A stretch of DNA of 64,000 nucleotides. Origin: Spirochaetia bacterium (GTDB taxonomy: Bacteria; Spirochaetota; Spirochaetia; UBA9216). Numbering within the stretch: the first letter of the stretch is position 1; every line of letters begins with the position of its first letter. The translations under genes and the position numbers were made by a program. The notes under the pieces were generated by a model. It made no database searches and had not been told where the DNA came from. It worked only from the letters and a program-made list of their open reading frames with translations. The stretch lies in assembly GCA_965140585.1 (NCBI GenBank), contig OZ223264.1:224001-288000 (forward strand), read 5' to 3'. Shown in pieces: positions 1 to 9,819 of the stretch.

Positions 1-798
1 GACTTTAATATTTTATCTTTCTTTTCCAGTTTCTTATGTATTGTCTTAATTATCAGTCTTTCCGGTTGTGGGATTATTGCACAATCAATAACTGAAGAGG
101 TTTCTGAAAAAGATACAAAGATAATATCTGCTGTTGAAGAAAACAGAGAAGTAATTCTTGAGTCATTGTTAAGTTCTGAAGGAAGAGGTGATACTGAAAA
201 TGAGGATATCCCCTATGAAGAAATTGAGTATTATCTTAATAATCCTGAAGTTATGATTGAGGAAGTTTCAAAAACAGAGGACGGTCAAGCTGTCTTGGAT
301 CTTATTTATGGTCTTTCTTCCGACTTGCCGGTTGAGGAGTTAATATCAATGGCTGAAGACCTTTTACCAGCCGAAGGCTATGAGGAAGAAATTGAACTAT
401 TTTATGAATATAAAGAAGAAGCATCACGACTAAATACAAATCAAAAATATTTATCCCTCTTTGCTGGTTATGCAGCAGCAGAGTTGGCTGCGGCTATTGT
501 CTATGCCGCAACACCTTGGTACCTTGTAGCAAACAAAACTGCAGCGGCATCAGCTCTAAGTGCTGCGGCGCTTGCTTTGAGTGTGACATTAGTATTAATT
601 GCCGATGATGATATGCCTGATGCTGTTCAGGTAGCGCTCTATTTAGCATCAGGACATTGTGCTGGATATTCTTATAGTGTTGTAGTGGCGCAAATTTGTG
701 GTGCGTTTGGTTTAGGTGGAACCGGCGCAAGTATAATGATGGGAGTTATGTGTGCATATCACGTATGGGCGATAATAAGGATTATTACTGGGATTTAA
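1..798 (+). CDS. Lipoprotein with acidic middle and hydrophobic Ala/Gly-rich C-terminal helices (5' partial)
   Basis: Frame is open from base 1: DFNILSFFSSFLCIVLIISLSGC contains an LSGC lipobox; the ORF-track start at 166 is internal. Confidence 0.7.
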   Translation, partial: DFNILSFFSSFLCIVLIISLSGCGIIAQSITEEVSEKDTKIISAVEENREVILESLLSSEGRGDTENEDIPYEEIEYYLNNPEVMIEEVSKTEDGQAVLDLIYGLSSDLPVEELISMAEDLLPAEGYEEEIELFYEYKEEASRLNTNQKYLSLFAGYAAAELAAAIVYAATPWYLVANKTAAASALSAAALALSVTLVLIADDDMPDAVQVALYLASGHCAGYSYSVVVAQICGAFGLGGTGASIMMGVMCAYHVWAIIRIITGI

Positions 799-801
799 AG
801 T

Positions 802-1287
802 ATGAAGAAAAATATTTTTATTATACTTATACTTTTTTCGACATCAACATTTTTATACTGTCAATCTATTGGAGACTCTTCTGTAGAAGAGTCTCCAATG
901 TTGAGATATCGATTGACTGGATTATATGAATATTTTACCTATGGTGATGAAGAATTAGAGTTTGCTATGATGTATGGTTCAGATAAGGAAGATAGATTAT
1001 TAGATATCTTATCTTCAGATGACAAGGCAGCATTAGAGGTTTTGAAGTATCAAGATGATATGTCCAAAGCCAGGTTATTAATAACAATTTCTAATTCTTT
1101 AATATTAGTTGGAAGTTCTCTGGCATTGGCACCTGAATATGTTGAAGATGTTCCATCCGTGGTGCCAACTATAGGGCTTATAACCATCGGGAGTGGATTA
1201 ATTACTGATGTGGTGGGTTATTTATTTTTGCAGAGTGCAAAAGGAGCTCTTTTTGATTCTGTCTGGGAATTTAATAATAGAAAATGA
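802..1287 (+). CDS. Exported/membrane protein with signal peptide and two C-terminal TM helices
   Basis: MKKNIFIILILF signal; hydrophobic segments LLITISNSLILVGSSLAL and IGLITIGSGLITDVVGYLF. Confidence 0.7.
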   Translation: MKKNIFIILILFSTSTFLYCQSIGDSSVEESPMLRYRLTGLYEYFTYGDEELEFAMMYGSDKEDRLLDILSSDDKAALEVLKYQDDMSKARLLITISNSLILVGSSLALAPEYVEDVPSVVPTIGLITIGSGLITDVVGYLFLQSAKGALFDSVWEFNNRK

Positions 1288-1330
1288 TATATAAATATTA
1301 AATAGTAAATTTCATCTTTACTGTCCCGAT

Positions 1331-1374
1331 ACGCAAGATAACCTTAAACGCTTCGGAGGTTATCTTGCGTTTTC
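1331..1374 (+). terminator. 14-bp perfect stem hairpin with short T tract; also covers the RBS/start of the next ORF
   Basis: acgcaagataacct (1331-1344) / aggttatcttgcgt (1357-1370), followed by ttt. Confidence 0.65.
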
Positions 1375-1535
1375 TCGATTGGCTCGTACAAAACAATCAC
1401 ATCACAAAGAGATTTGCCTACAGACTTGGCTTTGATTCTATTTTACACAACAAAAAAGTAGGAGATGAGCTGGCCTTATACTTACCAAATAAGACTGTGC
1501 ATATATTACTTCAGCAGTGGATAAACGAGGAGTAA
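1365..1535 (+). CDS. Small phage protein, 56 aa (MRFLDWLVQNNHITKRFAYRLG...)
   Basis: GGAGGT at 1355-1360, TTG start, open to TAA 1535; fills the gap before the HNH gene; below the ORF-track cutoff. Confidence 0.55.
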   Translation: MRFLDWLVQNNHITKRFAYRLGFDSILHNKKVGDELALYLPNKTVHILLQQWINEE

Positions 1536-1542
1536 TTATAGA

Positions 1543-1953
1543 TTGCAGTCATTAGATATTAAAAAAGTAAAGAGGAATTACAGACCATACAAGAAGCAGC
1601 AAATCACTCTAAAAGAGTATTACAAGACCATTCATTGGGTCAACTTTAGAAAGCAGTTATTAAATGCAGATGATTGCGAGTGTGAAATTTGTGGCCGGAA
1701 GCGTTGGTCGTTCTACAAGATAGGAGCTAAAAAAGGTCAGAGAAAGAGAACGCCAGAACTGAGATTCAACATACATCACCTCCATTATAAGAGTTTATAT
1801 AAGGAAAAACGGTCTGATGTTCTTGTTCTATGTCAGTTCTGTCATGACTTGTTACATCAATTAGAGAGGGCATCAAAGCTTAATCCAGAGGTCTATGAAT
1901 CAGCGTATCTGATTATGAAATCCAATACAAAATGGGAATATCAGAAACGTTGA
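1543..1953 (+). CDS. HNH endonuclease-like protein
   Basis: CEICG ... HHLHY ... LCQFCH zinc/HNH motifs; GAGGAG SD upstream of TTG. Confidence 0.8.
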   Translation: MQSLDIKKVKRNYRPYKKQQITLKEYYKTIHWVNFRKQLLNADDCECEICGRKRWSFYKIGAKKGQRKRTPELRFNIHHLHYKSLYKEKRSDVLVLCQFCHDLLHQLERASKLNPEVYESAYLIMKSNTKWEYQKR

Positions 1954-2477
1954 AGATTTATCAATTACAAAAAAAATACCTTCAAACACATCAAGAATCT
2001 TACCTCAGTGAGCTATATAAACACATCAAGAAATTACTCTTCTACATCTACAAGACAGAAACATCCAACTTGCCTATTTATCAAATCGAAGACGGAATAG
2101 AAACAATCACATCAAGAACTATTATGCAGATAGCTAACGGTGATGAGATAGAAAACTTTTACAGCTATCTCAAACGTGCTCTTACATTCTGGATAATCCA
2201 GAACAAGACCTACAACAAGAAGTTTGTCTATGATGCTGAGCTGCCATCATCTGAATCAACACCTGATTGGTTAATCACAGATTCAGTAATCAGCACCATA
2301 GACAGATATCTCAAAGATGAACCTATCAAAACCAAGACTCGTATTCTAAACAGAATTATCAAGACTGTTGGTAATAACAGGAATATTAACAATTCATTCT
2401 ATGGTCTTACCATGAGAGAAAGAGCACTTTTATCATTCATATACAGCGAGGTAAAGAAACTATTATGCGGAATCTAA
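1932..2477 (+). CDS. Putative sigma-factor-like / late transcription regulator
   Basis: IEDGIE...IENFYSYLKRAL resembles sigma70/ECF region 2; lies just upstream of the packaging genes. Confidence 0.4.
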   Translation: MGISETLKIYQLQKKYLQTHQESYLSELYKHIKKLLFYIYKTETSNLPIYQIEDGIETITSRTIMQIANGDEIENFYSYLKRALTFWIIQNKTYNKKFVYDAELPSSESTPDWLITDSVISTIDRYLKDEPIKTKTRILNRIIKTVGNNRNINNSFYGLTMRERALLSFIYSEVKKLLCGI

Positions 2478-2549
2478 GTCAGATTGAATATCTGTTGGTA
2501 AAGAAACTGACAGACTTGCAAAAGAGATATATCAAGGAGTCTGAAAAAA

Positions 2550-2906
2550 CTGAGAAGACTGTGCCTAATCCCAAACTGTAATCATCTGTCAGTTGCTAAT
2601 GGTTATTGTAAGGACCACCAATACAAGTATCAAGAGAGGTTAGCACAGAGATTTACAGGCAGAAGAACTGAGTCAGCCAAATGGAATCATTTATATAGAA
2701 CCAAAGAGTGGATTGAGCTACGTCAGAGAATATTAAAAAGAGATTCAAATCAATGCTGCAAGTGCGGAGGCAGGACAGATTTAATAGTCCATCACATTCA
2801 TAGATGGAAGAATGAGTATGAGTTCTTTAATAACGAGTATGAAGTTATATGCCGTTCATGTCATTCAAGAGAGCATCAAAATAATAAAAAAGGTTATAGA
2901 AATTAA
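2550..2906 (+). CDS. HK97 gp74-like packaging HNH endonuclease with non-canonical (CTG) start
   Basis: Frame open 2511-2906: RRLCLIPNCNHLSVANGYCKDH...YRTKEWIELRQRILKRDSNQCCKCG...VHHIH...ICRSCHSREH; AAGGAG at 2534-2539; no ATG/GTG/TTG start, so missed by the ORF track. Confidence 0.85.
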   Translation: MRRLCLIPNCNHLSVANGYCKDHQYKYQERLAQRFTGRRTESAKWNHLYRTKEWIELRQRILKRDSNQCCKCGGRTDLIVHHIHRWKNEYEFFNNEYEVICRSCHSREHQNNKKGYRN

Positions 2907-3045
2907 GATTTGTTATGTGCCTGCATGGTCTTTATATACAGGTAGGCTATGAAAAAACTTGGAAACTATTTTATATATATCACACACCCACAGCCCAACG
3001 TACACAAACAGACAAAAAAGATGTTAAAGCAATCTGGAGTCTATT
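2907..3045. other. Candidate cos/packaging initiation region
   Basis: Non-coding gap between the gp74-like HNH and terS, the usual cos position in HK97-like phages; positional inference only. Confidence 0.4.
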
Positions 3046-3525
3046 ATGGGACGTAGACGAAAACCTGTTGAGGTGATGAAAAAGAAAGGAACATATAAAA
3101 AGCACCGACATGAAAAGTTCCAAGGTCAGCTTAAAGTTCCTGTCGTTGAAAATGTTCCAAGACCAATAATGCCGCTTAATCAATACGGTTTGTATGAATA
3201 TTACAGGTTGTGCAGAGAACTAAAAGAACTTGAGATTCTGGGTGACATTGATTTGTCGCTTGTAGAGATGGCTGCAAATTATTATGGAACGTATGTTGAG
3301 AATTTTAATTACATCATTAACAACTACGGTTCTGTATCAAAATATCTTGTCAATAAAACAAACAATACAGCAATGATTTATACGAGTATGAACAACGCAT
3401 TCAAATCCTATGTAGATGTAGGGTCCCGGTTCGGTATTACACCGACTGCGAGATTGAATCTGCCAAACAAGAATGATGGAGGTGGTGAAGATGAGTTTTC
3501 AAAATTCTTAAATGAGGTTTCATGA
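3046..3525 (+). CDS. terS: Terminase small subunit (P27 family)
   Basis: MGRRRKP N-terminus, C-terminal RFGITPTAR motif; overlaps terL (ATGA). Confidence 0.9.
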   Translation: MGRRRKPVEVMKKKGTYKKHRHEKFQGQLKVPVVENVPRPIMPLNQYGLYEYYRLCRELKELEILGDIDLSLVEMAANYYGTYVENFNYIINNYGSVSKYLVNKTNNTAMIYTSMNNAFKSYVDVGSRFGITPTARLNLPNKNDGGGEDEFSKFLNEVS

Positions 3526-5171
3526 GAGTTGATGATTTAAAAAAGTATTGTAACCATGTAATAGCAGATAACAAAAACTATTGTAAAAACTACCAATTAG
3601 CCTGTAAGCGTTTTTTAAAAGATGTTGAATCAGATAATCAATACTACTTTGATGAGTCTGAATCAGAGAAGTTGTTTCTATTCATTCAGAATCTTAAACA
3701 GTTTGAAGATGTCTTTTTTGATAAACCACTCATATTAGAAGATTGGGAAAAGTTCATCCTTGCTCAAATCTATTGTTGGAAAAAGAAATCGGATAACAAG
3801 AGACGTATAAAAAGAATCTATATCCAAGTTGCCAGAAAGAACGGAAAGACAATTTTAATGTCAGTGATTGCTCTATATTCATTGATTGTTGGTAAGTCTG
3901 AAGAGATTTATTCTCTGGCCTCCAAGAAAGACCAGGCTAAGATTGTATATGACAAGATGTGTGGAATCATCAGGCAAACGGGTCTTGAAAAGTATTACAA
4001 AATCTTTCGTGGTGAGATAAGAAACAAGAGCAACAAGTATGTGTATGTTTCTGCTGACCACAAACTTCAAGACGGAACAAACCCCTCGATTGTTATTGCT
4101 GATGAGTATCATGCCCACCCGACAGATGAACTTCTTAATGTTTATACATCAGGTATGGGAGCACGTTCAGAACCTCTTGTTCTAATCATTACAACTGCCG
4201 GTTTCAATTTGGATGGACCATGTTATGAAGAATATGAGAGAGCAGAGAAAATCTTAAATGGTATTTATGAAGATGAATCATATCTGCCAATAATATTTGA
4301 GCTTGATGAATCAGACAGTTGGGAAGATGAGTGTGTATACAAGAAAGCAAATCCAAACCTTAATGTCAGTGTCGGTCTTGAGTATCTACAGGGACAGAAG
4401 CTTGAAGCTCAACAACGCCCGTCTAAGCGTAGAGACTTTCTAACCAAGAATCTGAATATCTGGGTTGATGGTGCTGAGAGTTGGATTGATTTACAGACAT
4501 GGAGAAAGAATAAAGAGTTTTTTGATGTTAATGAGCTTGAAGGTAGAGATTGTTTCGCTGGTTTAGACTTATCAGCAGTGTCAGACTTAACTGCATATTC
4601 ATTATACTTTCCACCAGATGATAAAGATGAAAAAGTAAAAGTTCTTCATAAATGCTACATACCAGAATCTTCCATAGACAAGAAAGAGAAATTTGAATCA
4701 ATAAAATTCAGAGAGTGGATAGACCAAGGTTATGTTACTCCAACGCCAGGTGAAGTAGTTGATTATTCATATCTTGTTGATGACCTACTTTCAGATGCCA
4801 AACTGTACAACATAAAAGAGATTGCCTTTGACTCTTACCTTTCCAAGAACATTATAAAACCAATCGAAGATGAGCTTGGTGAAGATGTAATGATTGAAAT
4901 GAGACAGGGTTTAATTAACTTCTCTCCATGGACCAAGGAATGGGAGAAAGATGTTTTAGCAAATCGAATAATTGATTTCAATCCTGTTATGGAATGGTGT
5001 ATCTCAAACACTGTTATCAAGACAGACCAGAATGGAAACTATAAACCACTCAAAGAGAAGCCGAATAAAAAGATTGACCTTGTAATCTCATCAATTATGG
5101 CACATGCCAGAATGACCGCCGTTGATAGAGAGGAATTTCGTTCCATCTTTGAAGTGCTGATGTCTGAATAA
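3522..5171 (+). CDS. terL: Terminase large subunit
   Basis: Walker A VARKNGKT, Walker B VIADEYH, ITTAG, nuclease GLDLS and KIDLVIS motifs. Confidence 0.97.
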   Translation: MRVDDLKKYCNHVIADNKNYCKNYQLACKRFLKDVESDNQYYFDESESEKLFLFIQNLKQFEDVFFDKPLILEDWEKFILAQIYCWKKKSDNKRRIKRIYIQVARKNGKTILMSVIALYSLIVGKSEEIYSLASKKDQAKIVYDKMCGIIRQTGLEKYYKIFRGEIRNKSNKYVYVSADHKLQDGTNPSIVIADEYHAHPTDELLNVYTSGMGARSEPLVLIITTAGFNLDGPCYEEYERAEKILNGIYEDESYLPIIFELDESDSWEDECVYKKANPNLNVSVGLEYLQGQKLEAQQRPSKRRDFLTKNLNIWVDGAESWIDLQTWRKNKEFFDVNELEGRDCFAGLDLSAVSDLTAYSLYFPPDDKDEKVKVLHKCYIPESSIDKKEKFESIKFREWIDQGYVTPTPGEVVDYSYLVDDLLSDAKLYNIKEIAFDSYLSKNIIKPIEDELGEDVMIEMRQGLINFSPWTKEWEKDVLANRIIDFNPVMEWCISNTVIKTDQNGNYKPLKEKPNKKIDLVISSIMAHARMTAVDREEFRSIFEVLMSE

Positions 5172-5231
5172 TGTAAACTTTTTCATATCAAATCTCGGTA
5201 GGGCTGCCATATCCATAGTCCTTATCTTTAT

Positions 5232-6461
5232 ATGGCATTATTTAATGTAAGAAGAAAACCGCAGAATGAAACCCGTAAACTGTCCTTGGAAGATTTGTTT
5301 AATTACAGATATTACGGGACGATTGATAAATCTTACATCAATCAGTTATCAGCTTTGGAGAATGAAGCAGTTTATGCCTCAATTAAAATCATAGCTGAAA
5401 CATTGGCTGGTTTTCCGATTCAAACATTCATCAAAAATGGTGATATAAAAACCAAGGATAATTCCTACTTTCTTTATAGAACTCTTAATTATCCGAATGC
5501 CGAATTAGATAAATTCACATTCTGGGAAACTTTCTATACAAACCTTTTAACACATGGAAATGCATACGCCTATATCTATCGGGATAGTTTTAGTTCATAC
5601 GCTCAGTCGCTGTTCATTCTCCCATCCAAGTATGTAAGTGTAAAACGTAATAACGGAAAGTTAGAATACCACTTTAAAGAACCGACTAAAGAATTAAAGA
5701 TATATAAAAAAGAGAATGTCTTCCATATAAAGCTTACTTCATTCGATGGCCTTGTAGGTCTCTCGCCTATGGAGCTGTTCAAGCTTCAAATCCTTGAATC
5801 CATAACCGCTGATAATTATAACTACAATTTCTTTGACAAGGGGATACTCAGTAATATTGCTCTGAACATCCCGAATAATAACAACTATACGAAAGAACAA
5901 ATCAATTACATCAAACAGCAATTCATAAACAGCCATGGTGGATTAAAGAATCAGAATGAACCTATTGTTCTTGATTCAGGCACAGAGATAAAAGAGTTTA
6001 AAGGTTATTCAAATAAAGACAATTCAATTGTTGAGTTAAGAAAAGAAGCGCTCTTAAAGATTGCTCGTGTCTACAGAATACCTCCTCACATGCTTCAGGA
6101 GTTGGGTAATGCTACTTACTCTAACATTGCACAGCAGTCATTGGATTTTTATAAACAGACATTACTTCCTCACATACAGCGTATCGAATGGGGATTGATA
6201 CACCAGTTAATACCATCCAACCACAGAGAGAAGAGGTTTGTAAAACTCAACATCAGTTCAGTTCTTAGAGCTTCTGATAATGAAAGAGCTTCTTACTACG
6301 ACATCATGCAAAAGAACGGAAACCTCTCAATCAATGAAGTCAGACGATTAGAAGATCTCCCGCCTATAGAAGCTGCTGTTGCTGATTACCACTTTAACCA
6401 ACTGAACATGTCTCCAATCGAAGTATGGCAGAACGACAAAGATAAGGATTTAAAAATATGA
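5232..6461 (+). CDS. HK97-family portal protein
   Basis: AVYASIKIIAETLA, LLTHGNAYAYI, GLSP, IARVYRIPPHML, SINEVRRLEDLPP motifs. Confidence 0.96.
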   Translation: MALFNVRRKPQNETRKLSLEDLFNYRYYGTIDKSYINQLSALENEAVYASIKIIAETLAGFPIQTFIKNGDIKTKDNSYFLYRTLNYPNAELDKFTFWETFYTNLLTHGNAYAYIYRDSFSSYAQSLFILPSKYVSVKRNNGKLEYHFKEPTKELKIYKKENVFHIKLTSFDGLVGLSPMELFKLQILESITADNYNYNFFDKGILSNIALNIPNNNNYTKEQINYIKQQFINSHGGLKNQNEPIVLDSGTEIKEFKGYSNKDNSIVELRKEALLKIARVYRIPPHMLQELGNATYSNIAQQSLDFYKQTLLPHIQRIEWGLIHQLIPSNHREKRFVKLNISSVLRASDNERASYYDIMQKNGNLSINEVRRLEDLPPIEAAVADYHFNQLNMSPIEVWQNDKDKDLKI

Positions 6462-7180
6462 GTTATGAAATAAGAAAAATGTCTTTAAAGACGCCTATCA
6501 CAATTACTGAAGATGGTGATGAGAAATATATCGAAGGGATGATTCCATACAACTCTCGTTCAGAGGATATGGGATTTATTGAGGTCATAAAGCCAGGTGC
6601 ATTCAAGAAGTCAATCAAAGATAAGGACATTCGGTGCCTATGGAATCACGTTGACAGATTGATTTTAGGAAAGACCTCAAACGGGAGACTCATCTTTGAA
6701 GATGGTGAAGACGGACTCCACTTCAAAGTCAAAGTTCCAATGACTCGGTCATACGGTCTTGATGCATATGACGTTGTAAAGACAGGTGATGCAGATGGTG
6801 TCTCATTCGGATTCAGAGTTATCAACGACACATGGAAAGAGGGTAACGATGTCAACTTCAGAGAGTTAACTGAAGTTGAACTTAGAGAAGTTTCTATTGG
6901 TGTGACCTTTCCTGCCTATCCAAACTCAAAGGCACAGGCCAGAGCATTTGATGAAGTGACTGGAATTGATTTATCCAAATTTGTTTCAACGCTCGTCAGA
7001 GGCGAGGAGTTGGGTGAACAAGATAAAGCCTACATGAATCAGGTAATAACGCAATTAAGAACTTTAACAGGGGAACTAAAAACAGAGCCGGCAGAAGACC
7101 ACTCTGAAACTGAAATAGAGCCGACGGATGTCACTCTACGAAAGATGCAATTAGAGCTTCTGGCAAAGTCTTTTCAATAA
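6458..7180 (+). CDS. HK97-family prohead protease
   Basis: EVIKPGAF, LWNH, GVSFGF, LREVSIGVTFPAY. Confidence 0.95.
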   Translation: MSYEIRKMSLKTPITITEDGDEKYIEGMIPYNSRSEDMGFIEVIKPGAFKKSIKDKDIRCLWNHVDRLILGKTSNGRLIFEDGEDGLHFKVKVPMTRSYGLDAYDVVKTGDADGVSFGFRVINDTWKEGNDVNFRELTEVELREVSIGVTFPAYPNSKAQARAFDEVTGIDLSKFVSTLVRGEELGEQDKAYMNQVITQLRTLTGELKTEPAEDHSETEIEPTDVTLRKMQLELLAKSFQ

Positions 7181-7201
7181 TTTAAAAAAGGAATTTAAAA
7201 A

Positions 7202-8356
7202 ATGAATATCATAAAGTTAAAGGAAGAGAGAAATACTCTCTTGGAAAAAGCGAATGAAATCCTTGAAGTGGCTGGTAAAGAAATCAGAGCACTTACTGAG
7301 GATGAGAATAAACATTTTGATGAGATAAGAACTCAGATTGATGCTTACACAAATACTATCAATAAAGCTGAAGCATTAGAGAAACCAGAACTTACCCGTT
7401 CAATCGAACTCGATGTTGAAGATAGAGATTCTACTTCAGATGATTTTAGAAACTACCTCATTAAAGGGGAAACTCGTGGATTGGTTGCAGGAACTGATGC
7501 AAGCGGTGGTTATGTAGCACCTGAAAAGTTTTATGAAACTGTATATGAGAATGCTTTCAATCCATTCATGATTCAGTCTCTTGTTAATGTTGTAAAGATT
7601 AAAGGGAATGGTTCAGTCGGTGTTCCTTACATTGACACTGATGCATCTGATGCTGATTGGACAATCGAAGTACCAGCATCTGATATTACTGCCGATTCTA
7701 CATTGGCTTTTGGTAAGAAGACTCTTGAGCCTATCTCTCTTGCAAAATACTTTACTGCATCAAAGCAGTTTCTTAACAAGGCAGCAATCAATGTCGATTC
7801 ATTCGTTGCTGAAAGAATTGGTAGAAAACTATCCAAGGCGATTGAGAATGCAATCTTAAATGGTACAGGAACAGCTCAACCACTTGGTATCTTTGATACT
7901 ACAACTGGTGTTGCTTCTGTGTCTGCTTCTCAGGTATCTACAGGTTCAGCTACTTCAATCAATACCAACGCACTTATTGAGGCATTAACTGAAGTTGAAA
8001 AGTATGGACTTCAAAATCTTACATGGGTATTCCACCCAGACGTGCTTGCAGCAATCAGAAAGTTGAAAGGAACAGACAGATATGAACTTTGGACTCCTGA
8101 ACTTAACGGAAGAAAAACTCTTCTTGGTGTGCCATACGTTCTTTCTGATTTGGCACCAAACACTTTTACAACTGGTTTACCACTCGCTGTTATCGGTGAC
8201 TTCAGCAAGTACATGTTTACAGTTTCTAACGATGTGGAGCTTACAAGACTTAACGAGGTAGCCGCACTTAAAAACAGTGTTGGTTTCCTTGGTTACATGG
8301 AAGGTGATGGAACTCCAATTCTTAGTGATGCTTTCAGAGTAATCATGACAGCATAA
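7202..8356 (+). CDS. HK97-fold major capsid protein with N-terminal delta domain
   Basis: Coiled-coil N-terminus, GGYVAPE, ILNGTGTAQPLGI, LLGVPY, GDFSKY. Confidence 0.96.
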   Translation: MNIIKLKEERNTLLEKANEILEVAGKEIRALTEDENKHFDEIRTQIDAYTNTINKAEALEKPELTRSIELDVEDRDSTSDDFRNYLIKGETRGLVAGTDASGGYVAPEKFYETVYENAFNPFMIQSLVNVVKIKGNGSVGVPYIDTDASDADWTIEVPASDITADSTLAFGKKTLEPISLAKYFTASKQFLNKAAINVDSFVAERIGRKLSKAIENAILNGTGTAQPLGIFDTTTGVASVSASQVSTGSATSINTNALIEALTEVEKYGLQNLTWVFHPDVLAAIRKLKGTDRYELWTPELNGRKTLLGVPYVLSDLAPNTFTTGLPLAVIGDFSKYMFTVSNDVELTRLNEVAALKNSVGFLGYMEGDGTPILSDAFRVIMTA

Positions 8357-8361
8357 TTTAT

Positions 8362-8380
8362 GAGAGGCTTTATGCCTCTC
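8362..8380 (+). terminator. Hairpin after the capsid gene (attenuator/stabiliser)
   Basis: gagaggc-tttat-gcctctc. Confidence 0.5.
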
Positions 8381-8398
8381 TAATTTAAAAAGGTAGTA

Positions 8399-8908
8399 AT
8401 GGCAATAATAACTGAAGAACAATTAAAATCCTATTGTGGAAATTACAACGACGACACTCTCAATTCAATCTATATCAACTCAGCAGTAGAGAGGATAGAA
8501 AAGTATTTAGGCTACGCTGTTGAGGCAATGGATTATTCAATAATCAGAAGTGGTAACGGTGAAAAGTTCTTCGACCTAGGTGTAAAGCAAATCAATTCAG
8601 TCACATCTATTACTGTAAATGAAGAAGAAAAAGATATAACCAATCTGATTATTGATGCTCCGTTTATCTACAGTAAAGATTTCTACTTTAGAGAAGGTGA
8701 TTACAATGTAAATATTACCTTCAATGCCGGTTTTACTTCTATCCCAAACACAATAGCTCTCACAGCATTAAAAATAGCAACTGTATTGAAACTCGAAGAG
8801 GGCGGTAATGTCGCTGTTAAGAGCAAGAGCTTTGAAGATGGATCACGCGAGTTCTTGGAAAAGAAGATTGAAAACTACCTGAAAGATATTGAGGACTACA
8901 GAATATGA
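8399..8908 (+). CDS. Head-tail connector (gp6-like adaptor)
   Basis: ITEEQLKSY..DDTL..YINSAVERIEKYLG; NITFNAGF..IP; follows the capsid gene. Confidence 0.8.
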   Translation: MAIITEEQLKSYCGNYNDDTLNSIYINSAVERIEKYLGYAVEAMDYSIIRSGNGEKFFDLGVKQINSVTSITVNEEEKDITNLIIDAPFIYSKDFYFREGDYNVNITFNAGFTSIPNTIALTALKIATVLKLEEGGNVAVKSKSFEDGSREFLEKKIENYLKDIEDYRI

Positions 8909-9357
8909 AAATGTATGTAACGACTGACATATCTGATGTTCTTCACACATTTAAAAAGAATATCAAGAACAACCCATCAATGCAAAAAAAGATGATAAGA
9001 GGTGTTCTTAATTTGGGTAGGTCTGATGCCAAAAAGAATACGTACAACACAGTTAAAAAGAAATCAGGTGATTTGAAAAACAAGTTCTATACAAAGCTTA
9101 AACCGGATAACAGCGGATATATCGTAAACAGAGCCTCATACGCAGGGAGGCTTGAACATGGCGGAACTGTTGTGTCCAAGAAAAACAGATACATGACTTT
9201 TATTACTGATGATGGCAATTGGGTAAAAGTTCCATCTTTCACTATCAAAGCAAAGTTGGGATTTATAAGGCAGATGGAAAATCTTTATTCATCAGATGCT
9301 CCGCTTAGAAGGATGGAGGAAATATTACAAAAAGAATTGGAGCGTATCTATAAATGA
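8905..9357 (+). CDS. HK97 gp10-like neck/tail completion protein
   Basis: KSGDLK...YAGRLEHGG motif; basic protein. Confidence 0.75.
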   Translation: MKMYVTTDISDVLHTFKKNIKNNPSMQKKMIRGVLNLGRSDAKKNTYNTVKKKSGDLKNKFYTKLKPDNSGYIVNRASYAGRLEHGGTVVSKKNRYMTFITDDGNWVKVPSFTIKAKLGFIRQMENLYSSDAPLRRMEEILQKELERIYK

Positions 9358-9803
9358 TTGAAGAGATATTAGATACCCTTGAAATCTTCATCCTAAATAA
9401 TCTGGGTTCATACCTATCCAAGTACTCAACTGAAGATGTACCGCTCACAGCTCCAATATCTGTAATCAGAGACTATCCTGATTTTGATAAAAACAATACA
9501 GCATTAAGCCTTTATGTTTTGCCTGATTATTTTGAGTTTGAATATTTGGATGTCGGTGGTGAGTATGAGCTGACACTAAGAGTTAATGTGTACTGCTTTG
9601 TAAGAAAGGATTCTACAGCAACCCTACAACTTCAGTCATTCAGGCAGTTAAAGGCAATGACAGAGATGATTAGAGATAACCCGACTTTAGGGGATGGGGT
9701 GCAGGACAGCACTTTGATTGATGGAGATATTTTCAATGATGTTGAAGGAGATGAAAACATAAAGGGCTACAAAATCAGTTTGGATTTAATTGAAATTATT
9801 TAA
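9354..9803 (+). CDS. Putative tail terminator protein
   Basis: Acidic ~150 aa protein directly before the tail tube; IRDNPTLG motif. Confidence 0.6.
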   Translation: MIEEILDTLEIFILNNLGSYLSKYSTEDVPLTAPISVIRDYPDFDKNNTALSLYVLPDYFEFEYLDVGGEYELTLRVNVYCFVRKDSTATLQLQSFRQLKAMTEMIRDNPTLGDGVQDSTLIDGDIFNDVEGDENIKGYKISLDLIEII

Positions 9804-9819
9804 AAAAAGGATTTAAAAA

